A stretch of 64,000 nt of DNA, from sequence record DRR723986_618; one strand, 5' to 3'. The position numbers and the translations under genes are program-made. A model generated the notes under the pieces. The model did no database searches, was not told where the DNA came from, and saw only the letters and a program-made list of their open reading frames with translations. Below are positions 20,443 through 31,648 of this stretch, piece by piece. Each line of letters begins with the position of its first letter. Position 1 is the first letter of the stretch.

Positions 20443-21492
20443 TCAGGCGGTCAGACCAAACAAGCGACCAATACGCTTGAATACCCCGCGGCGGTCACTG
20501 GGTGGCTCTGGCGCTTTTTCAGCAGCCAGACGCAGTGTCTGCTCTGGATTCTTTTGCAAAATATCGAAGCGCCGCACCGCCAAATTAACACTGCCGCGCA
20601 GCATCCCCTCGCTGATAGGTTTGCTCAGGAAGCGGTAGATTTGCCCGCGATTGATCAATTCAATTCCCAAGCCGGCATCAGCTCGCGAGGTTAGTACTAT
20701 GGCCACCAGCGATGGGTGATGCTGGCGCAGAGCGGTCAGCAGGTGCGTCACGCTCTCGCCGCCGATAGACAGCTCGGTGATGATCACGCCGATATTTTCT
20801 GACTCCAGCGCTTCAAGTGCGCCGTCCAGATCAACCGCGGTAAATACCGGGCGATCTTTGTGCAACACGCGCTGCAGAACATCGCGGGTGGTGCTGTCTT
20901 CGTCCAGCACCAGGATGCCCGTTTCATTGCGAAGCGCCTCCGGCCCTGCGGCGATATCAACCACCGTTTTCGCCGTGGGCGCAGACAGCTCCGGCGCCTC
21001 GGCGGTTTCGCCCGGCGCAGCGGCCTCAGCTCCTGGCTGAGCCTCATCGGTGGCTTCTTCAGACTCGCTGTGATTCAGCTCAGCACTGACATCCTCAGCC
21101 ACATCGACCTCAGAGGCCTTCACCGCCGCAGCGATGGTGTCGCGCAATTCGTTATTCGACCAAGGCTTGTTGATGAAACGGAAAATTTCACCGTCATTTA
21201 TCGCGCCCAATATGGCGCTTAAATCCGAGTAGCCGGTCAGCAATACGCGGATCGCTCTCGGCCGGAGCTCGCGCGCTGTGCGCAGAACCTCGACACCCGT
21301 CATTTCCGGCATACGCTGATCAGAGACGATAACATCGACATCTTCTTGCTCTAACAATGCCACCGCGTCCGCACCGCAATTGGCGGTAAACACTTGATAG
21401 CGACTGCGAAACAAAGCCTTTAGGGCGACGAGAATTCTCGGCTCGTCATCCACGAATAAAATCTTTGCCTTACTTTCAATGCCTTCAGTCAT
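20443..21492 (-). CDS. Response regulator with two receiver domains and no DNA-binding output
   Basis: REC1: FVDDE, SDQRMP, LTGY, NKPW. REC2: VLDED, IITELS, SKP. GAGGAG RBS before ATG 21492. Confidence 0.88.
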   Translation of the reverse strand: MTEGIESKAKILFVDDEPRILVALKALFRSRYQVFTANCGADAVALLEQEDVDVIVSDQRMPEMTGVEVLRTARELRPRAIRVLLTGYSDLSAILGAINDGEIFRFINKPWSNNELRDTIAAAVKASEVDVAEDVSAELNHSESEEATDEAQPGAEAAAPGETAEAPELSAPTAKTVVDIAAGPEALRNETGILVLDEDSTTRDVLQRVLHKDRPVFTAVDLDGALEALESENIGVIITELSIGGESVTHLLTALRQHHPSLVAIVLTSRADAGLGIELINRGQIYRFLSKPISEGMLRGSVNLAVRRFDILQKNPEQTLRLAAEKAPEPPSDRRGVFKRIGRLFGLTA

Positions 21493-21502
21493 CACGTACT
21501 CC

Positions 21503-23296
21503 TCAAACCGCGCTGTCACTGAGAATAATGCTGTCTTCGGTCACAACGGCTTGTTCTGGAACGGCCTTGCCCGCTATCGGCAGGCTGACAACAAACTCGG
21601 TCCCGACACCCGGCTCCGACTCCACTGAGATGCGGCCGCCGTGATCTTCGATAATGCGAAACACAATGGACAAACCAAGGCCCGTACCTTCACCGACAGG
21701 CTTAGTAGTAAAGAAGGGCTCAAAGATATGCGCGGCGGTTTCGGCATCCATACCGCAGCCACTATCGCGCACGCGCACCACGGCATTGTCGCCGTCAACA
21801 GCGGTGCTGAGTGTCAGGGTTCCCTTGCCATCCATCGCCTGAGCGGCATTATTGATTAAGTTCAGAAATACTTGGTTCAACTGAGACGGTGCGCAACTAA
21901 TATCGGGTAGCTCGCCAAAGTTGCGCTGAATGTCCAGGTCTTTGATTTGGTTTTGGCAAATCTTCAAGGAGGTTTCGATCCCCTCGTTCAGGTCGAAGAG
22001 CTCGGTTTGCGAGCGATCTATCCGGCTGAAGTTTTTCAGACTCATAACCAATTCAGCAATTTGTTCTAAGCCGTATTGGGCATCGCCCAATAGCATGTCG
22101 AACTCGCCGCGGCTTTCTTCGTCGATCACATCCTCCATGGAGGACACCAACTCCCGCACAATTGACACGTTGCTGTTGGCGTAGCCGAGAGGCGTATTAA
22201 TTTCATGGGCGACACCCGCCACCATTTGCCCCAAGGAAGCCATTTTTTCAGATTGGATCAGTTGTGCCTGCTGCAGACGCAAGTCTTCCAAGGCGGTGCT
22301 CAAATCACGGGTGCGCTCGGCGACGATACCTTCCAGATTGATATTGGCATCCTGCAGCTCCATGTTCACTTGGTCCAGCTCTTGGAACGAGCCGCGCAAA
22401 CGCCAGGCGATCAAACCAAAGGCCAGCAGCAGCGCTGCCGCGTAGACAGCCAGGGTTTGGCGGTTGCGATCTGCCGCTGCCTGCAACTGGGAAAAGTGGT
22501 TCTCATAGCGCGTCTTGAGCGTTGCCAGTGCGCCGGCAGCACCGGTTTCTGCGATCTCGTCCAGTTGCTGATTCAACTCATCTCGAGTGAAGCGCAGACC
22601 ATCCACCGTATCGAGCAGTTGCGAAAGCGCCGCCAGTGCGTCGGTATCCTCCAGAGCACTGGCCTGAACCGCGATACTTGCACTCAACTGGTCTAGCAGC
22701 TCGGCGTTTTCTGCTGTTGAGATAATGCTGTACTGCGTCGCTTCACGAATCAGCCGCTTGATGTCGCGCCCGAGAGCGGCTTCTGACTCTATCGCCGGTG
22801 CGCTGAGCACCGAAACACCGCCGCTGCGCATCGCCGCGAACAGCAGGCGCAAGCGACGCAGCGTTTCCTGGTAGGGCTCCAATGCATCCAGCTTGGCTTT
22901 CGAGCTGCGCAGGAAGTCGTTTAACGCGCGGTCCACAAGCGGCGCCTGCCCCTTGAGACCAGCCTGACCAAAACCGATCTGGCGGGACTGCTCATCGAAG
23001 CGCTCCGCGGCGGCCAGCATGGCCAGCGGCTCACTTTCTAACTGCAGCGGTGCACGCACGATGGCCCGATTGAGCTGTCGATCTGCGGTGTTTACGGCTT
23101 CTAACTGCTCCATGCGTACCACATGCAGCCCGGTTTCCAGCGGTGTTCTCAAGGTAACCCACAACAAATAGCCCAGCACGGTAAATGCCAGCAAAATAGC
23201 CAGCGGCGCAAACACGCGCTGAATACCCAGTTGGCTCACTGCTGATGTTGTCGACCCTCGAACCGCTCCTTCTTTTATTTTTCTTATTCGGCTCAT
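21503..23296 (-). CDS. Membrane sensor histidine kinase with helical periplasmic domain (possibly DAHL-type)
   Basis: Two TM segments; H-box [10 protein letters not shown]-box [31 protein letters not shown]. Confidence 0.92.
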   Translation of the reverse strand: MSRIRKIKEGAVRGSTTSAVSQLGIQRVFAPLAILLAFTVLGYLLWVTLRTPLETGLHVVRMEQLEAVNTADRQLNRAIVRAPLQLESEPLAMLAAAERFDEQSRQIGFGQAGLKGQAPLVDRALNDFLRSSKAKLDALEPYQETLRRLRLLFAAMRSGGVSVLSAPAIESEAALGRDIKRLIREATQYSIISTAENAELLDQLSASIAVQASALEDTDALAALSQLLDTVDGLRFTRDELNQQLDEIAETGAAGALATLKTRYENHFSQLQAAADRNRQTLAVYAAALLLAFGLIAWRLRGSFQELDQVNMELQDANINLEGIVAERTRDLSTALEDLRLQQAQLIQSEKMASLGQMVAGVAHEINTPLGYANSNVSIVRELVSSMEDVIDEESRGEFDMLLGDAQYGLEQIAELVMSLKNFSRIDRSQTELFDLNEGIETSLKICQNQIKDLDIQRNFGELPDISCAPSQLNQVFLNLINNAAQAMDGKGTLTLSTAVDGDNAVVRVRDSGCGMDAETAAHIFEPFFTTKPVGEGTGLGLSIVFRIIEDHGGRISVESEPGVGTEFVVSLPIAGKAVPEQAVVTEDSIILSDSAV

Positions 23297-23556
23297 GCCG
23301 TCTCCTAAAGCAACCCTTCTCCCGGGAGTCCCGGAAATACCGGCTTAGCAGCCAGTACTACTCTAACGACCGATTTTGTTGTTTCTATAGTCTTGCTAGA
23401 GTCGCCATTTTTATGATGTGTAATAGGTTGGCGACCGTCGAGGATAAAAGCTCATCACCCAAATGTCTAGGCGCCCGGAAACCGCCTTGCGGCTCGCATT
23501 CGCCACAGCGCAGTTTTATACTTGCCGCTCTCAGTTCTCAGCGCAGCGAATCCACC

Positions 23557-24234
23557 ATGAATCAGCAGCAATTGAAAGAAGCCGTGGCCGCAGCGGCCAT
23601 TGAGCGCGTAAAACCCGCCATTCTCGACGGCGAAATCATCGGTATTGGTACCGGCTCAACCGCCAACTGCTTCATCGACCAGCTCGCCGCCCTAAAAGAT
23701 GACATAAAAGCGACTGTAGCCAGCTCTGAAGCCTCGGCACAACGGCTGCGCAGCCACGGCATTGAAGTGGTTGAGTTAAATAGTTGCGGCCAAATTGCGG
23801 TCTACGTGGACGGCGCGGATGAGAGCAACCAGCGCCTTGAATTGATCAAAGGCGGCGGCGCCGCACTCACCCGAGAGAAAATCGTCGCGGCAGCGAGCAA
23901 GCAATTCATCTGCATCGCAGACGAAAGTAAATTGGTCGACCAACTGGGCGCCTTTCCCCTGCCGATTGAAGTTATTCCGATGGCGCGCAGCTATGTGGCC
24001 CGCGAGCTGCTGAAGATGGGTGGCAATCCGGTCTACCGCGAAGGCGTTGTCACCGACAACGGCAATGTGATCATCGATCTCTACGACTTTATGATCGCCA
24101 CCCCACAAAAAACGGAAGAAACCATCAACGGTATCACTGGCGTTGTCACCAACGGCCTGTTTGCCCTGCGGCCCGCCGACGTACTGCTGCTTGGCACCGC
24201 CGACGGCGTTAAGACGCTACAGCGCGAGGACTAG
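23557..24234 (+). CDS. rpiA: Ribose-5-phosphate isomerase A
   Basis: [31 protein letters not shown]; start trimmed to ATG 23557. Confidence 0.97.
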   Translation: MNQQQLKEAVAAAAIERVKPAILDGEIIGIGTGSTANCFIDQLAALKDDIKATVASSEASAQRLRSHGIEVVELNSCGQIAVYVDGADESNQRLELIKGGGAALTREKIVAAASKQFICIADESKLVDQLGAFPLPIEVIPMARSYVARELLKMGGNPVYREGVVTDNGNVIIDLYDFMIATPQKTEETINGITGVVTNGLFALRPADVLLLGTADGVKTLQRED

Positions 24235-24242
24235 GGGCAACG

Positions 24243-24683
24243 ATGTTTAACAATATTCTGGTTATCTGTATCGGTAATATTTGCCGCAGCCCAAGCGCGG
24301 AATACATGCTGCGTCAGAAGCTCGCCGAGGTGAAACCCAATATCACCATTCACTCGGCCGGCCTTGGCGCGCTGGTGGATAAAGGCATCGACGACACCGC
24401 AGCGGCACTGCTCAGCGAACACGGCATCGACCCCAGCGGCCACCGTGCTCGCCAAGTCGACCGCGACATGCTGACCCAGGCCGACCTCATCCTCACCATG
24501 GAATCGCGACATATTCGCGGCATCAATAAAATTGCCCCACAAGTTGGCGGCAAGACGTTTTTATTGGGTAAATGGTCGGAAAATCAAGAAGTGCCCGACC
24601 CTTATCGCAAGAGCCGGGAAGCCTTTGAGCACGTCTATAAACTGCTAGACCAATTCACAGACGACTGGCTGAAGTATTTGTAG
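24243..24683 (+). CDS. Low molecular weight protein-tyrosine phosphatase (Wzb/Etp-like)
   Basis: CIGNICRSP P-loop and VPDPY. Confidence 0.92.
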   Translation: MFNNILVICIGNICRSPSAEYMLRQKLAEVKPNITIHSAGLGALVDKGIDDTAAALLSEHGIDPSGHRARQVDRDMLTQADLILTMESRHIRGINKIAPQVGGKTFLLGKWSENQEVPDPYRKSREAFEHVYKLLDQFTDDWLKYL

Positions 24684-24692
24684 CGTGTCGCG

Positions 24693-25526
24693 CTAGGGGT
24701 GTGAGGCCTTAACGCTTTCCAACATGCGCTTAACGGGCTGCACTTGGTTCATTGTATAAAAGTGGATACCCGGTGCGCCGCCCTCCATCAGAATCTGGCA
24801 CATTTCCGTCACATACTCTTCACCGAAGGCAGCAATGCTCTCCAGGTCCTGGCCATAGCCATCGAGTTTGCGCGCCAGCCAACGGGGAATTTCAGCGCCG
24901 CAGTTGCGTGAAAAGCGCGCCAAATTCGCATAGTTGGTGATAGGCATAATGCCCGGGTAGATCGGCTTATCGATACCGGCCTTTTCGCAGGCATCCAAAA
25001 AGTAGAAATACGCGTCGGCATTAAAGAAGTACTGGGTAATGGCGCTGTTTGCGCCGGCATCCAGCTTTTCTTTTAAGTACGCCACATCCTGCTCGTAACT
25101 CGGCGCGTCGGGATGAACCTCCGGGTAGGCAGCAACTTCTAACTCGAAATGGTCGCCGGTGTGCTTGCGGATGAACTCGACGAGTTCGCGGGCATACACT
25201 AAGCGCGTTGCCCCCATTCCGGAGGGAATATCACCGCGCAATGCGACGATGCGACGCACACCCGCCTGGCGATACTGTTCAACCAACGCCAGAACCTCCT
25301 CTTCCTCGTCACCACCAAAAGACAAGTGAGGGGCGACATCAATGCCCGCCGCCTTGGCATCGAGAACGATGCCCCGGGTATTGTCTCGGGTAGACCCGCC
25401 CGCACCATAGGTGACGGAAAAGAAGTCTGGCGCCAGACTATTCAACTCATTGCGGGTGGCAACAAGCTTTTCACGACCGGCTTCGGTCTTGGGTGGAAAA
25501 AATTCAAAACTGTAGCGATTGGCCAT
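24693..25526 (-). CDS. metF: 5,10-methylenetetrahydrofolate reductase
   Basis: SFEFFPPKT, SVTYGAGGST, ALRGD, AYPEVHP, ITQYFF, HFYTMN. Confidence 0.96.
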   Translation of the reverse strand: MANRYSFEFFPPKTEAGREKLVATRNELNSLAPDFFSVTYGAGGSTRDNTRGIVLDAKAAGIDVAPHLSFGGDEEEEVLALVEQYRQAGVRRIVALRGDIPSGMGATRLVYARELVEFIRKHTGDHFELEVAAYPEVHPDAPSYEQDVAYLKEKLDAGANSAITQYFFNADAYFYFLDACEKAGIDKPIYPGIMPITNYANLARFSRNCGAEIPRWLARKLDGYGQDLESIAAFGEEYVTEMCQILMEGGAPGIHFYTMNQVQPVKRMLESVKASHP

Positions 25527-25621
25527 GCACACATCCGCTTATTATCTGTCACGCGTATTAACGCCCCGCGCCCAATAGGCGGCGCGGGGTAAACGGCAGC
25601 GGCGAAACCGCTACCTCGGGC

Positions 25622-27016
25622 TTAGTACTTGTAGCTGTCCGGCTTGAAGGGGCCGTCCACGCTCACACCGATGTAGTCGGCCTGATCCGCTTTGAGTTTG
25701 GTGATCACGCCACCAAAGCCCGCCACCATATGCGCGGCAACCTCTTCGTCCAGCTTCTTAGGCAACACTTCAACGGTGATAGCAGCTTCGCGCAGCTCTT
25801 TTTCCAGATCGGCAAAGCGGCGCTCGTACAGGTAAATTTGCGCCAGTACTTGGTTGGCAAACGAACCGTCCATAATGCGGCTGGGGTGACCGGTGGCGTT
25901 ACCCAAGTTAACCAGGCGACCCTCTGAAAGCAGGATCAAGTGATCGTTGCTAGCGCGGTCGCGATACACAACGTGCACCTGTGGCTTGATCTCATCCCAC
26001 TGCCAATTTTCACGCATGTAGGCCGTGTCGATTTCATTGTCGAAGTGACCAATGTTGCACACTACGCAGCCGTTCTTCAGCGCCGCCAGCATATTCGCAT
26101 CGCAAACGTTCACGTTACCGGTTGTCGTTACCAGCAGATCGGTAGTGCCCAGGAGGTCGCTATTGATGCTGCTTGCCTCACCCGTGTTCACACCATTGAT
26201 GTAAGGCGACACCACTTCAAAACCATCCATACAGGCCTGCATCGCGCAGATGGGATCGATTTCTGTCACCTTTACGATCATGCCTTCCTGACGCAGTGAT
26301 TGCGCAGAACCTTTACCAACATCACCGTAGCCAATAACCAGCGCTTTTTTGCCCGACAGCAGATGATCTGTAGCGCGCTTGATCGCATCATTTAAGCTGT
26401 GGCGACAACCGTATTTGTTGTCATTCTTCGACTTGGTCACCGAGTCATTGACGTTGATCGCGGGCACTTTCAGCTCGCCCTTTTTCAACATATCCTGCAG
26501 GCGGTGAACCCCTGTGGTGGTTTCTTCAGTGATACCGTGGATCTTGTCGAGCATCGCCGGGTACTTCTCGTGGAGAATACCGGTCAGGTCGCCGCCATCG
26601 TCGAGTACCATGTTGGCATCCCAGGGCTGACCGTCTTTCAAAATTGTCTGCTCAATGCACCACTCGTACTCTTCCTCGGTTTCACCCTTCCAAGCAAAAA
26701 CAGGAATGCCGGCCGCGGCGATCGCCGCTGCAGCGTGATCCTGAGTGGAGAAAATATTGCACGACGACCAACGCACTTCCGCGCCGAGAGCGGTCAGTGT
26801 TTCGATCAACACCCCGGTTTGAATGGTCATATGAATACAACCGAGAATTTTGGCACCCGCCAATGGCTTGCTATCGCCATATTTTTCGCGCAAAGACATC
26901 AGCGCAGGCATTTCACCTTCTGCGATGCTCAGTTCTTTGCGACCCCATTCGGCCAGGCTGATATCGGCAACTTTATAGTCGCTGAAATTTTCTACTGCAG
27001 TTACTGTGGCAGTCAT
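25622..27016 (-). CDS. ahcY: Adenosylhomocysteinase
   Basis: [41 protein letters not shown]. Confidence 0.98.
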   Translation of the reverse strand: MTATVTAVENFSDYKVADISLAEWGRKELSIAEGEMPALMSLREKYGDSKPLAGAKILGCIHMTIQTGVLIETLTALGAEVRWSSCNIFSTQDHAAAAIAAAGIPVFAWKGETEEEYEWCIEQTILKDGQPWDANMVLDDGGDLTGILHEKYPAMLDKIHGITEETTTGVHRLQDMLKKGELKVPAINVNDSVTKSKNDNKYGCRHSLNDAIKRATDHLLSGKKALVIGYGDVGKGSAQSLRQEGMIVKVTEIDPICAMQACMDGFEVVSPYINGVNTGEASSINSDLLGTTDLLVTTTGNVNVCDANMLAALKNGCVVCNIGHFDNEIDTAYMRENWQWDEIKPQVHVVYRDRASNDHLILLSEGRLVNLGNATGHPSRIMDGSFANQVLAQIYLYERRFADLEKELREAAITVEVLPKKLDEEVAAHMVAGFGGVITKLKADQADYIGVSVDGPFKPDSYKY

Positions 27017-27056
27017 ATTGCTATCCTCAAATTAATTTCGCGAGTGGCTTTGCTTC

Positions 27057-28265
27057 TTACACCGCCGCTTTCAGCGCCTCGGCGCGATCGGTTTTTTCCC
27101 AGCTGAAGGCCGTGCTGGTTTCGCTGCGGGCTTCACCGTTTTCTGTCCATTGATACGTATGCTCGTATGGCTCCCGACCAAAATGGCCGTAGGCCGCTGT
27201 GGGCTGATACATGGGGTGAGCCAAGTCCAGCATATTGGTAATGCCGTAGGGGCGCAGGTCGAATACCTGGCGCACTGCCGCCACCAATTTTTCATCACTG
27301 ACTTTGCCGGTGCCGAAGGTGTTCACCGAAATCGAGGTCGGCTCCGCGACACCAATCGCGTAGCTCACTTGAATCTCGCAGCGGTCAGCCAGACCGGCGG
27401 CGACAATATTCTTCGCCACGTACCGGCCAGCATAGGCCGCACTGCGGTCAACTTTGGAGGGATCCTTGCCCGAGAAGGCACCGCCGCCATGACGCGCCAT
27501 ACCGCCGTAGGTATCAACAATGATTTTACGCCCCGTCAGCCCGCAGTCACCCACTGGGCCACCGATCACAAAATTGCCGGTGGGGTTGATGTGGAATTGC
27601 GTACCGGCGTGCAACAAATTGGCAGGCAGCACATGCTTGATAATCTCTTCACGCACGGCTTCCTGAAGATCAGCCTGGCTGATATCAGGGTTGTGCTGGG
27701 TCGACAACACAACGGCATCAACGGCCACCGGCACGCCGTTCTCGTAACGCAAGGTCACCTGACTTTTTGCATCGGGGCGCAACCACGGCAGCACACCGTT
27801 TTTGCGCAGGTAAGCCTGGCGCTCAACCAAACGGTGGGAATAAAACAGCGGTGCGGGCATCAGGTGCTCGGTTTCGTTAGTAGCGTAGCCGAACATCAAC
27901 CCTTGGTCGCCCGCGCCCTGATCTTCAGGTTTGGCGCGATCCACCCCCTGATTAATATCGACTGACTGCTTGCCAATGGCATTTAATACAGCACAACTGG
28001 CGCCATCAAAACCGACATCGGAGCTGTTGTAGCCAATGCCGGTAATAACGTCGCGAATAATATCTTCCAGATCCACGTAGCACGAGGTGGTGACTTCTCC
28101 GGCAACCACTGCCATACCCGTTTTAACCAAGGTCTCTACGGCAACCCGGGCATGCTTGTCACGCGCGATGATCGCGTCGAGCACCGCATCGGAGATTTGA
28201 TCGGCAAGTTTGTCTGGGTGTCCTTCCGATACCGACTCGGAGGTGAACAGGCTGTATTCAGACAT
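27057..28265 (-). CDS. metK: S-adenosylmethionine synthetase
   Basis: [35 protein letters not shown]. Confidence 0.98.
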   Translation of the reverse strand: MSEYSLFTSESVSEGHPDKLADQISDAVLDAIIARDKHARVAVETLVKTGMAVVAGEVTTSCYVDLEDIIRDVITGIGYNSSDVGFDGASCAVLNAIGKQSVDINQGVDRAKPEDQGAGDQGLMFGYATNETEHLMPAPLFYSHRLVERQAYLRKNGVLPWLRPDAKSQVTLRYENGVPVAVDAVVLSTQHNPDISQADLQEAVREEIIKHVLPANLLHAGTQFHINPTGNFVIGGPVGDCGLTGRKIIVDTYGGMARHGGGAFSGKDPSKVDRSAAYAGRYVAKNIVAAGLADRCEIQVSYAIGVAEPTSISVNTFGTGKVSDEKLVAAVRQVFDLRPYGITNMLDLAHPMYQPTAAYGHFGREPYEHTYQWTENGEARSETSTAFSWEKTDRAEALKAAV

Positions 28266-28305
28266 TGATAGTCTTCCTCATTGTAATGGCCCTGTGGCCA
28301 GCTCG

Positions 28306-29337
28306 TTATTTCTTGCCCGGCTTTATGAACTGCCGAACTTGCACGCGAAAACCGTTTAACTGGGCCAGGTAAACTGACGGCCCCTCTTCCAAGCCGCAGG
28401 CCAATGCCCACTCGCTTAATTCTTCCTGCGCGATGCCCAGCCAAAGATCACCGCAGGCCTCTCTGGCCCAGTTTTGATCGTGAGGGCAGAGTTCAGCCAG
28501 GCAAAATACCCCGCCCGGACTCAACATGCGCTGTACGTCGTTAAAAATATCTGACGGCGAAGGCACATGGTGGAGCACCATATTGGCCACCACACAATCG
28601 GCTTCACCCTCGGGCAAACGCCGGCTGCGGCTGTCGCCCAGCACAAACTCTATGCCGTTGAGCCCTTTGTCAGCAGCGGCGGTGCGCGCTTTGTCCAGCA
28701 TTGGCTCACTGTTATCAAGCGCGATCACCCGTGCGTAACGGCCGGCCAGTTCAGCCAGAAAATCGCCCTCGCCCGGGCCGATCTCGACCGCCAGGCGCCC
28801 ACCCTCGGGCTGACTGGCCCGCAACAGCTCAGCGCAACTTGGGCCGTATACACTGTAGGCGACCATTTGCTCTTGCTGCTCACCGAACTCACCGGCGTGC
28901 TCAGCGAAAAATGCTCGCGAGCGCTCCGCCCGCTCGGCGACCACTTTTTCTAGCTGCCGCTGCTGCCCCGCATCCAATACCAGCTGCTCGGCAGCATTGA
29001 GCACCGCAGTGTGCAGCTCGGCCACACTGGCGTGCTCGGCTTGCCAATTGCGGCGGTAAAACAAGCTATTACCTTCGCGACGACGAACAACCAAGCCCGC
29101 AGCGGCGAGTATTTTTAAATGGTGGCTCATGCCCGACTGGCGAACATCTAAAATCTGGCACAGCTCCTGAACGCTGTAGGCATCGCGACTCAACACACGC
29201 AGCACTTGCAGACGCAAGTTATCGGCTCCCGCCTTGCAGAGCTGGAGAACCATGGCGCCGATAGCCGGCGCGCTCGGTGTTGCAGGGAGAGACTCAGAGG
29301 AATCTGCCGCCGCCACGTTGCAAGAGTGTGCATCCAT
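28306..29337 (-). CDS. sahR: ArsR-HTH + SAM-methyltransferase fusion regulator of the methionine cycle (SahR-like)
   Basis: ArsR HTH QSGMSHHLKIL..RRREGN, MTase EIGPGEG and NMVLHH; first gene of metK-ahcY-metF; start uncertain. Confidence 0.8.
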   Translation of the reverse strand: MDAHSCNVAAADSSESLPATPSAPAIGAMVLQLCKAGADNLRLQVLRVLSRDAYSVQELCQILDVRQSGMSHHLKILAAAGLVVRRREGNSLFYRRNWQAEHASVAELHTAVLNAAEQLVLDAGQQRQLEKVVAERAERSRAFFAEHAGEFGEQQEQMVAYSVYGPSCAELLRASQPEGGRLAVEIGPGEGDFLAELAGRYARVIALDNSEPMLDKARTAAADKGLNGIEFVLGDSRSRRLPEGEADCVVANMVLHHVPSPSDIFNDVQRMLSPGGVFCLAELCPHDQNWAREACGDLWLGIAQEELSEWALACGLEEGPSVYLAQLNGFRVQVRQFIKPGKK

Positions 29338-29364
29338 GGCGAGGCAGTGTAGCAGCCTTAATGG

Positions 29365-29388
29365 CTATATCAAAATATTTTGATATAG
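29365..29388. promoter_or_regulatory. SahR operator (autoregulatory site)
   Basis: Perfect 24-bp palindrome CTATATCAAAATATTTTGATATAG just upstream of sahR. Confidence 0.75.
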
Positions 29389-29403
29389 ATTTCCATTTGG
29401 TAA

Positions 29404-30504
29404 TTATTGCACCAGCGGCCTCGGCATTAGCGCCGCAGAGGGGAGGGAGTGCCGCAGGATTCGCCACACCACTTGACCAAACTGTCGCGGCAACGAGCCG
29501 GTATTGTAGTGCTGACCATATTTCTGACATATCGCCCGCAGCTCTACCGACATTTCCTCGTAACGGTGGGCCGGCACAGTGGGAAACATATGGTGCTCGA
29601 TCTGGTGGCTAAGATTGCCTGACAAGATATGGAACAGCTTGCCACCACTGAGGTTCGACGAGCCTCGCAACTGACGCAAGTACCATTCCGCTCGGCTCTC
29701 GTTATCCAACACCGAGCGCTCAAATACCTCGGCATCGGCGGTAAAGTGGCCGCAGAAAATGATCATAAATGTCCAAAGGTTGCGGATCAGGTTGGCAACC
29801 AAATTACCGCTGAATACCGTTAGGAAAAACGGCCCGGCAAGCAGCGGGAAAAACACATAGTCTTTAAGCAGTTGACGCCGGGTCTTCTTCCAGAGCGGTC
29901 GCAGCTCCTCCTTTAACTGCGACCAGGACTTCCGCCCCTTGGCGACCTTGCCCAGCTGCAGCTCCTGAATTGCCACGCCCCACTGAAACAACAGCGCCAG
30001 CAATACCGCGAATACCCACTGAAACAGGTAGGAAAAATGCCAACGCTGCTCGGGGAAGAGTCGCAGCAGGCCGTAGCCCACGTCATCATCAAGCCCCTTG
30101 ATATTGGTGTAACTGTGATGCTTGTAGTTGTGGCTCTCGCGCCAGTTGTCTGACGTGCCGACGATATCCCACTCATACGTCGCGCCGCGCAGCGCAGGTT
30201 CGTTCATGAAGTCGTATTGGCCGTGCATCACATTGTGGCCAATTTCCATGTTCTCCAGAATTTTTGCCACACCCAGCAATACGGTGCCCACTATCCATGC
30301 AGGCGGGAAAACGCCGATAAACAGCAGCCCTCGCCCCACGACCTCCATGTATTGCTGCACGCGAATCAAGCGGCGGATGTAGCGGGCATCGCGCTCACCC
30401 ACGTCGGCGATCGCGCGCTTTTGCAATCCGTCGACGGCCTCGCCAAACGCAGTTAATTCCTCTGGGCTCAGCGCCCGACTTTTCCCTTGACTCACAACGC
30501 TCAC
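29404..30504 (-). CDS. Acyl-CoA fatty acid desaturase (DesB/DesA3-like)
   Basis: His boxes HNVMH, HNYKHH, QIEHH; ILENMEIGH. Confidence 0.92.
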   Translation of the reverse strand: MSVVSQGKSRALSPEELTAFGEAVDGLQKRAIADVGERDARYIRRLIRVQQYMEVVGRGLLFIGVFPPAWIVGTVLLGVAKILENMEIGHNVMHGQYDFMNEPALRGATYEWDIVGTSDNWRESHNYKHHSYTNIKGLDDDVGYGLLRLFPEQRWHFSYLFQWVFAVLLALLFQWGVAIQELQLGKVAKGRKSWSQLKEELRPLWKKTRRQLLKDYVFFPLLAGPFFLTVFSGNLVANLIRNLWTFMIIFCGHFTADAEVFERSVLDNESRAEWYLRQLRGSSNLSGGKLFHILSGNLSHQIEHHMFPTVPAHRYEEMSVELRAICQKYGQHYNTGSLPRQFGQVVWRILRHSLPSAALMPRPLVQ

Positions 30505-31626
30505 CTATATGTCCAATTCGATGTTGCTGTTTGCGCGGCTGACGCACAGGCGCACAGACCCCGCCCCGCGAAGCTGCTCACCGTTTAACTGATTTTGACT
30601 TTCCCCACTGCGCTGACCACAGCTGCAGCTGTTGCAAATACCCATGCGGCAACCGTGAGGAGGCTGGTGCCCCGCCTCCTCTAGCGCGTCGAGTAATGAC
30701 TGTTGAGAAGAAACCGTGATCGTTTGCCCACTGCGAGTTAACGAGACCTCAAAGAAACGCTCCGCTGCCACCGCCTCGCCGAGCCGTTGCGGCGGACTAA
30801 ATGCCTCGGCATAAAAACCACCCGCCACGTCAGAAAATAGCTCGCGAGCCGCTCCCACAAACACGCTGCCACCACAGGCAAATACACCGGCATTTGGATA
30901 CCGCTCACACAGCGGCGCCGCCATCTCCGGGCTCAGACGCCCAGTCGAATAAAGCGATGAGGAATCACCGGCGTTGCAAAACCGCCTCACGGAAAACTGG
31001 GGGTGCGTCTGGCAGAGCGCGTCCAGTTCCTCGGTAAAACAGAAACGCTCGACCTGTTTCTCCCAATACCACAGCTCACCCCGAAGCGCGTCACCGCGCC
31101 TTGCCTGCTCGGCAATCAGGTTATAGATCGCGGTAATACCACTACCCGCCGCGAGAAACAGCTGCGCCGGCGCCCCTGCCAAACCCTCCGCGAGTTCGCC
31201 ATAGGGCTGGCTTAGCTCAAGCACATCGCCCACGCGCAAGTGATCGTGTATGTGATTGCTGACAAGCCCGCCCGGCTCACGACGCACCGAGATGCTGACA
31301 CACCCACCCTCAGCGGGGCGCGACAGGCTGTAACTACGGGTGCAGAGGCGACCGTCAATCTCGACAGACACATTCACGTGCTGACCAGGCTCTGCCGATT
31401 GAAAATTCCGGTTTGGCCGCAGCGCGATACTCAGCGTCTCTGCGCCTTCCATGCGCAGGCTCTGCACGCGGGCAAATACCCTCCGCCACGCCGTAATACT
31501 GCCGAACTCGCGAGCCCAGAAATCAAATTGCGACTCGCTTATCAGCGCCCCTAGCATACCTGCCACACGCGGCATGCGCTCAGGGAAACTATTCAAAGAA
31601 GAAACCACACTCGCCATTGCTTTCAT
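30505..31626 (-). CDS. Ferredoxin reductase partner of the desaturase (FAD/NAD + 2Fe-2S; DesC-like)
   Basis: RSYSLS, GLVS, AAGSGIT, CG, GCRMGICNSC..C; start approximate. Confidence 0.88.
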   Translation of the reverse strand: MKAMASVVSSLNSFPERMPRVAGMLGALISESQFDFWAREFGSITAWRRVFARVQSLRMEGAETLSIALRPNRNFQSAEPGQHVNVSVEIDGRLCTRSYSLSRPAEGGCVSISVRREPGGLVSNHIHDHLRVGDVLELSQPYGELAEGLAGAPAQLFLAAGSGITAIYNLIAEQARRGDALRGELWYWEKQVERFCFTEELDALCQTHPQFSVRRFCNAGDSSSLYSTGRLSPEMAAPLCERYPNAGVFACGGSVFVGAARELFSDVAGGFYAEAFSPPQRLGEAVAAERFFEVSLTRSGQTITVSSQQSLLDALEEAGHQPPHGCRMGICNSCSCGQRSGESQNQLNGEQLRGAGSVRLCVSRANSNIELDI

Positions 31627-31648
31627 CCGGTGGTGAATTTTCGACCAA

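Noticed and set aside
25533..25621. Two GC-rich hairpins between ahcY and metF as a possible SAH riboswitch
   Set aside because: They lack the GAGGAGCGCUGC core and matching pseudoknot strand; more likely stability or attenuation hairpins, and SahR already explains regulation
27100..27180. About 20-aa insertion near the MetK C-terminus relative to E. coli
   Set aside because: A variable loop; shorter insertions at this position occur in Pseudomonas-type MetK, so it is not novel
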